11,315 nt of DNA from a bacterium (lineage in GTDB: Bacteria > Hinthialibacterota > Hinthialibacteria > Hinthialibacterales > Hinthialibacteraceae), in the NCBI GenBank assembly GCA_963663405.2, contig CAXXSM010000134.1, forward strand, positions 1-11,315, in the 5' to 3' direction. A model generated the notes under the pieces. It was not told the DNA's origin. It was given only the letters and a program-made list of their open reading frames with translations, and did not search any database. Below, in pieces: positions 7,240 through 11,315 of this stretch (positions are counted from its first letter, which is position 1; every line of letters starts with the position of its first letter). A program made the position numbers and the translations under genes.

Positions 7240-7659
7240 GTGTCAAATCCCTATCGAATCTTGGTGGCCGATGATTTTGAGGATATTCGGAAATGCCATA
7301 GCAACAATTTGAGACAATGTGGAATTATTGAAATCGAGGAAGCGTGTAATGGAAAAGAATTGCTTGAAAAAGCGTTGTCCAAACCGTTCGACTTGGTGTT
7401 AACCGATTGGCATATGCCGGAACTGACGGGATATGAAGCTACGGTCATTCTCCGGGCAAGAGGATTTATTCAGCCCATCATTCTTTGCACGGACGAGTCG
7501 GACGAAAGAAAAATCGAACGCGCGATCGAGAATGGAGTGACGGATATTATCAAAAAACCGTATTCGCCCTCCTATTTCAGAGCCCAAATTACAAAACGAT
7601 TACAGGGAAACGAATCAGCAGGAAAAAAATATGCGGAAACAGATCTTAGTCGCGGATGA
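7240..7659 (+). CDS. Single-domain CheY-like response regulator (139 aa)
   Basis: Start reassigned from 7177 (inside the kinase gene) to GTG 7240, which follows SD AAGGAG 7229-7234. Motifs ILVADD, VLTD56WHMP, IILCT and KKPY. No output domain. Confidence 0.9.
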   Translation: MSNPYRILVADDFEDIRKCHSNNLRQCGIIEIEEACNGKELLEKALSKPFDLVLTDWHMPELTGYEATVILRARGFIQPIILCTDESDERKIERAIENGVTDIIKKPYSPSYFRAQITKRLQGNESAGKKYAETDLSRG

Positions 7660-8266
7660 CAGCCGTTCGATTCGCCATATGCTCAAAAAAAAGCTGACGG
7701 AATGGGGCTATGAGGTGATTGAAGCCGCTTCGGGTGAAGCCGCCTGGGCTCTCTATGAGAAAAACGAGTTTCCGCCTTTAGCGATCATCGACTGGATGAT
7801 GCCGGGGATGGAGGGGATCGAAATCTGCCGAAATATCGCGCAGGCGTCATCCCGGAATATTCCCTACCGGATACTTGTCACGTCCCGCGACAAAAAAGCG
7901 GACATTGTTCATGGGCTACAAGCGGGCGCGCACGATTACATTACGAAACCGTTTGATATCCAGGAACTGTTATCGAGGATCCAAGTCGGCGAGCAGGTCG
8001 TCGCTTTAGAAATGGCGCTGGAGGAACGCATTCAGGAACTCGAAGAAGCCATGGAGCATATCAAAACTCTCCAGGGCCTTTTACCGATCTGTATGCACTG
8101 TCATAAAATCCGCAACGACCATGAATGTTGGGAACGGTTGGAGGATTATTTGAGCAAGAATTTGGATGTGATGTTGAGCCATAGCCTGTGTCCGGAATGC
8201 GCGGAGAAGCATTACTCGCACTTGCTCAATCCAAATCGTAAGTATCAGCAGGCTATGAAGGAATAA
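7631..8266 (+). CDS. Response regulator: REC + coiled coil + C-terminal CxxC...HxxCxxC putative zinc-binding domain
   Basis: Intact receiver (ILVADD, AIID54WMMP, LVTS, DYITKPF), helix LEERIQELEEAMEHIKTLQG, then LLPIC154MHC157HKIRND...W...E.YL...SHSLC187PEC190. SD-like AGGA at 7620-7623. Confidence 0.92.
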   Translation: MRKQILVADDSRSIRHMLKKKLTEWGYEVIEAASGEAAWALYEKNEFPPLAIIDWMMPGMEGIEICRNIAQASSRNIPYRILVTSRDKKADIVHGLQAGAHDYITKPFDIQELLSRIQVGEQVVALEMALEERIQELEEAMEHIKTLQGLLPICMHCHKIRNDHECWERLEDYLSKNLDVMLSHSLCPECAEKHYSHLLNPNRKYQQAMKE

Positions 8267-8361
8267 AATATCGGGAAGAATGCGAAGTTGATTCATACGA
8301 TGCCAAATGGGAAGCAGCGGATTCGTAGATAGATTCGTAACAATTTACTATGAGGATAAAA

Positions 8362-10836
8362 ATGAAATACGGCAATTCCTACTCCGTAATGAAAAATGCT
8401 TCTCAAGTTATGGACATTCAATTCTCTTGGCCGCTACTGAATTGTCAGACAATGGGAAAATCTTCATTGACTCCGAAGCGTATTGTAAGGTCACCGATAG
8501 AAGGATTTATCTCCAGGCGTTCTATCGTAATCAATTTTCTTATTATGATGATTTTGATGTCTTTCATGACGTCAGTCCTGGCCAATGAAACTGTACAGTT
8601 CACAGGAACCGTAATCCAATCGGGTTGTGAATATGATTATCCACCCTTTTGTATGGTAGATGAAAACGAGAGCGCGTATGGATTCTCTGTTGAATTAATG
8701 CGGGAGGCGCTTCGAAAAATGGGGTGTGATGTCACGTTCCGGGTTGGGCCTTGGGCAGAGGTCAAAGAACGATTGGAACGAGGTGAAATCGATGCTCTGC
8801 CTCTCGCCGGAAGAACGCCGGAGCGGGAATCGGTCTTTGATTTTACATTTCCTTACTTATCCCTTCACGGCGCGATTGTCGTTCCAAAAGGAACAACGGA
8901 TATCCACGATCTGGACGATCTAAAAGGACGGCGCGTAGCCGTCATGAAAGGAGACAACGCGGAAGAATTTCTGCGGCGATCGAAACTGAACGTGGAGATT
9001 CATACAACCGTTACGTTTGATGATGCCCTGCGTGAGTTATCGGACGGTCTACACGACGCCGTCGTTATCCAGCGTTTATTGGCGTTACGGCTTATACAGT
9101 ATGGGGGTATTACGAACTTGCGAATTGTGGATCATCCTCTGTTAGATTTACGTCAAGATTTCTGTTTTGCGGTTAAAGAGGGGAATATAGAATTACTGGC
9201 GCTTCTCAATGAAGGGCTTGCCATTACGCTGACGGACGGGACCTTTAAGCGGCTCCAGGTGAAATGGTTTGCCCCACTGGAATTGCCGTCTGATAATCAA
9301 ATTATCATTGGTGGTGACTATGATTATCCGCCCTATGAGTTTCTCGATGAACGCGGCCGTCCAGCAGGCTACAATGTCGATCTTACACACGCCATTGCCA
9401 GGACGACAGGACTCAATATTGAGATCCGGCTGGATTCCTGGAGCCATATCAGACAAGGATTGACCAACGGGGATATTGACGCCGTTCATGGGATGTTCTA
9501 CTCGGTCGAGCGGGATCTGCTGTTCGATTTCTCCCCCCCACATACCGTAATTCATCATGCCGCTGTTGCGCGCAAAGGCGCCGGCGCGCCGCCCATCGAC
9601 CGTTCCGGTTTCATTGGAAAGCGTGTAGTCGTGATGCAAGGTGACATTATGCACGACTGGATTACGAAACAAAAAATTGATGTTCGTATCGCAACCTTCA
9701 CGACCCAGGAGGACGCGCTCAAGGAATTGGCCGCCGGTCAACATGACTACGCCCTTGTGGCGAAGTTACCCGCTTTGTATTGGATTCAGAAGCACGGATG
9801 GACGAATCTCATTGTTTCAGACAGCCCACTCTTAGCGCCGGAATACTGTTACGCCGTTCCACACAATCAAAAACTGTTACTCTCGAAACTGGAGGAAGGC
9901 CTGAAAATTCTTCATGACACCGGTGAGTACCAACGAATTTATGCGAAATGGCTGGGGATCTATGAGAAGAAACCAATTCAGCTGGGCGCCATTATTCAGA
10001 ACATCGTGATCGTAATCCTCCCTTTGCTCCTGCTTCTTCTTGCGTCATTCATTTGGTCGCAAACATTGCGCAGGCAAGTGAAGCGCCGGACGGCGGAACT
10101 GCAAAACTCTGAAATTTTCTATTCTTCCTTGGTTGAGAACCTTCCTCAAAATATATTCCGAAAGGACTTGGAAGGAAAATTCACGTTCGTAAACGGAAAC
10201 TTTTGCGCCGCTGTTGGGAAGAGTTTAAATGAGATCATTGGTAAGACGGATGATGATTTATTCCCGCCCGAATTGGCGGAGAAATACCAGCGCGACGATC
10301 AACATGTGATCCAAACGGGACAGTTGTTCCAAGGCGTGGAAGAAAACAGATCGTCATGCGGAGAGAATAAGTACGTTCAAGTTTTAAAAACGCCCATTCG
10401 GGATTCGGTTGGAAACACGATTGGGATTCAAGGCATTTTTTGGGATATTACGGAGAATAAAAAAGCCGAAGACGCGTTACGGGAAAGTGACGAACGTCTG
10501 CGAATTCTCTTTGAAAAGGCCGCGGATCCAATCTACGTATGCGAACCGGCCGGTCAGCTGATTCAAGTCAACGAGCAGGCATGCCGTATGACCGGGTATA
10601 CCCGCGAGGAAATTCTTCGTTTGAACCTCTTTGATATTGACTCCACGATAACATCCGAAACCCTCCAGGAGTGTTTCCATTCGATTTTACTGGATCAACC
10701 GCTAACCATCGAGTCACATTACCAACGAAAAGATGGAACACGATTTCCTGTCGAAGTGATCCTTGCCCGTCTGGAAATCCAGAACACCCCCCAGCTGATG
10801 AGCGTCGCCGGGATATCACGGAACGAAAACGGGTAG
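8362..10836 (+). CDS. BvgS/EvgS-like membrane sensor: two tandem periplasmic solute-binding (SBP family 3 / Venus flytrap) domains, TM, PAS, PAS; terminated early by a frameshift
   Basis: Signal/TM segment RRSIVINFLIMMILMSFMTSVLA. Repeated SBP3 motifs GCEYDYPPF...GFSVEL...FDFTFPY and GGDYDYPPY...GYNVDL...FDFSPPH. TM IVIVILPLLLLLLASFIW followed by LRRQVKRRTAEL. Two PAS domains (IFRKDLEGKFTFVN...WDIT; IYVCEPAGQLIQVN...RKDGTRFPVEV). The start is uncertain: 8350, 8362 (with GAGGA at 8352-8356) or 8452. Confidence 0.88.
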   Translation: MKYGNSYSVMKNASQVMDIQFSWPLLNCQTMGKSSLTPKRIVRSPIEGFISRRSIVINFLIMMILMSFMTSVLANETVQFTGTVIQSGCEYDYPPFCMVDENESAYGFSVELMREALRKMGCDVTFRVGPWAEVKERLERGEIDALPLAGRTPERESVFDFTFPYLSLHGAIVVPKGTTDIHDLDDLKGRRVAVMKGDNAEEFLRRSKLNVEIHTTVTFDDALRELSDGLHDAVVIQRLLALRLIQYGGITNLRIVDHPLLDLRQDFCFAVKEGNIELLALLNEGLAITLTDGTFKRLQVKWFAPLELPSDNQIIIGGDYDYPPYEFLDERGRPAGYNVDLTHAIARTTGLNIEIRLDSWSHIRQGLTNGDIDAVHGMFYSVERDLLFDFSPPHTVIHHAAVARKGAGAPPIDRSGFIGKRVVVMQGDIMHDWITKQKIDVRIATFTTQEDALKELAAGQHDYALVAKLPALYWIQKHGWTNLIVSDSPLLAPEYCYAVPHNQKLLLSKLEEGLKILHDTGEYQRIYAKWLGIYEKKPIQLGAIIQNIVIVILPLLLLLLASFIWSQTLRRQVKRRTAELQNSEIFYSSLVENLPQNIFRKDLEGKFTFVNGNFCAAVGKSLNEIIGKTDDDLFPPELAEKYQRDDQHVIQTGQLFQGVEENRSSCGENKYVQVLKTPIRDSVGNTIGIQGIFWDITENKKAEDALRESDERLRILFEKAADPIYVCEPAGQLIQVNEQACRMTGYTREEILRLNLFDIDSTITSETLQECFHSILLDQPLTIESHYQRKDGTRFPVEVILARLEIQNTPQLMSVAGISRNENG

Positions 10837-11315
10837 AAGAAGAACGCCGGCGGCTGGCACGAGAGTATCAGACGCTTTTCCAGGAGATGACCGAAGGATT
10901 TTCGCTGCATGAAATCATCTGCGACAGCCAAGGGGATCCCGTCAACTATCGTTTTTTAGCGGTGAATCCTGCATTCGAACGGATTACGGGTTTGAAAGCG
11001 GAACAGATCGTTGGAAAGACCGTTCTTGACATATTGCCAGGAACCGAACCGCATTGGATCGAAGTCTATGGACGCGTCGCGCTGACCGGGGAACCGGTTC
11101 ATTTCGAAAACTATACCAGCGCCTTCAACAAACACTTTGCCGTCAGCGCGTTTCGGCCCGCGTTAAATCGGTTCGCCTGTGTATTTTCTGATATTACCGA
11201 CCGTAAAATGACGGAAGAAAAGATGCGAAAGGATCAACGAACAATTTCGTTGAACAACCAAATCGCGAATGTGTTCCTGACGTCCCGCCGGGAAGACATG
11301 TACGCGGAAGCGCTG
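10809..11315 (+). pseudogene. Frameshifted continuation of the 8362 sensor gene (third PAS domain and following helix); 3'-truncated by the window edge
   Basis: The -1 frame is stop-free to the window end and reads RDITERKRVEEERRRLAREYQTLFQEMTEGFSLHEIICDSQGDPVNYRFLAVNPAFERITG...FACVFSDITDRKMTEEK.... This restores the RDITERK motif missing from PAS2. It may be a true lesion or a sequencing error. Confidence 0.88.

Noticed and set aside
8090-8104. CMHCH looks like a c-type heme CxxCH motif
   Set aside because: The protein has no signal peptide and has a cytoplasmic receiver. The motif pairs with a second CxxC, which fits zinc binding better than cytochrome c.
8307-8588. 93-aa plus-strand ORF
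   Set aside because: It overlaps the signal-peptide region of the sensor gene out of frame and has no SD or recognisable domain.
8632-9329. Repeated nucleotide words such as TATGATTATCC (8632-8642, 9319-9329), and ATGCCNGTCATGGATGG in the two RECs of the large kinase
   Set aside because: They are explained by conserved protein motifs in duplicated domains (YDYPP, MPVMDG), not by DNA repeat elements or CRISPR.
1871-10836. Gene symbols barA/gacS/rpfC, cheY, pleD, bvgS/evgS
   Set aside because: Only the domain architecture is similar. Orthology cannot be established from the sequence alone, and the last gene's output domain lies outside the window.
991-10931. Numerous 60-183 aa antisense and alternate-frame ORFs
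   Set aside because: All lie within long genes with clear domain motifs and show no motifs of their own, so they are treated as shadow ORFs.

Overview
The window is a bacterial signal-transduction cluster with every gene on the + strand and no mobile elements, RNA genes or CRISPR array. In order: (1) the 3' end of a methyl-accepting chemotaxis receptor; (2) a 271-bp structured intergenic region with a possible 18-aa leader ORF, a perfect 16-bp hairpin and a second hairpin followed by T6; (3) an odd pseudo-receiver / NifL-type PAS / His-phosphoacceptor protein with no ATP-binding kinase domain; (4) a 1785-aa unorthodox hybrid histidine kinase (two extracytoplasmic sensors, 4 PAS, HisKA, HATPase, 2 REC, HPt); (5) a CheY-like single-domain regulator; (6) a receiver protein with a CxxC...CxxC putative zinc-binding C-terminal domain; (7) a BvgS/EvgS-like tandem Venus-flytrap / multi-PAS sensor that is broken by a 1-nt frameshift near 10809 and runs off the window end. 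No DNA-binding or enzymatic output domain is visible. The best candidate for an undescribed system is a redox-integrating branched phosphorelay built from the kinase-less connector, a Cys4 PAS domain and the zinc-finger-type regulator. All domain calls come from motif recognition by eye, not from database searches.
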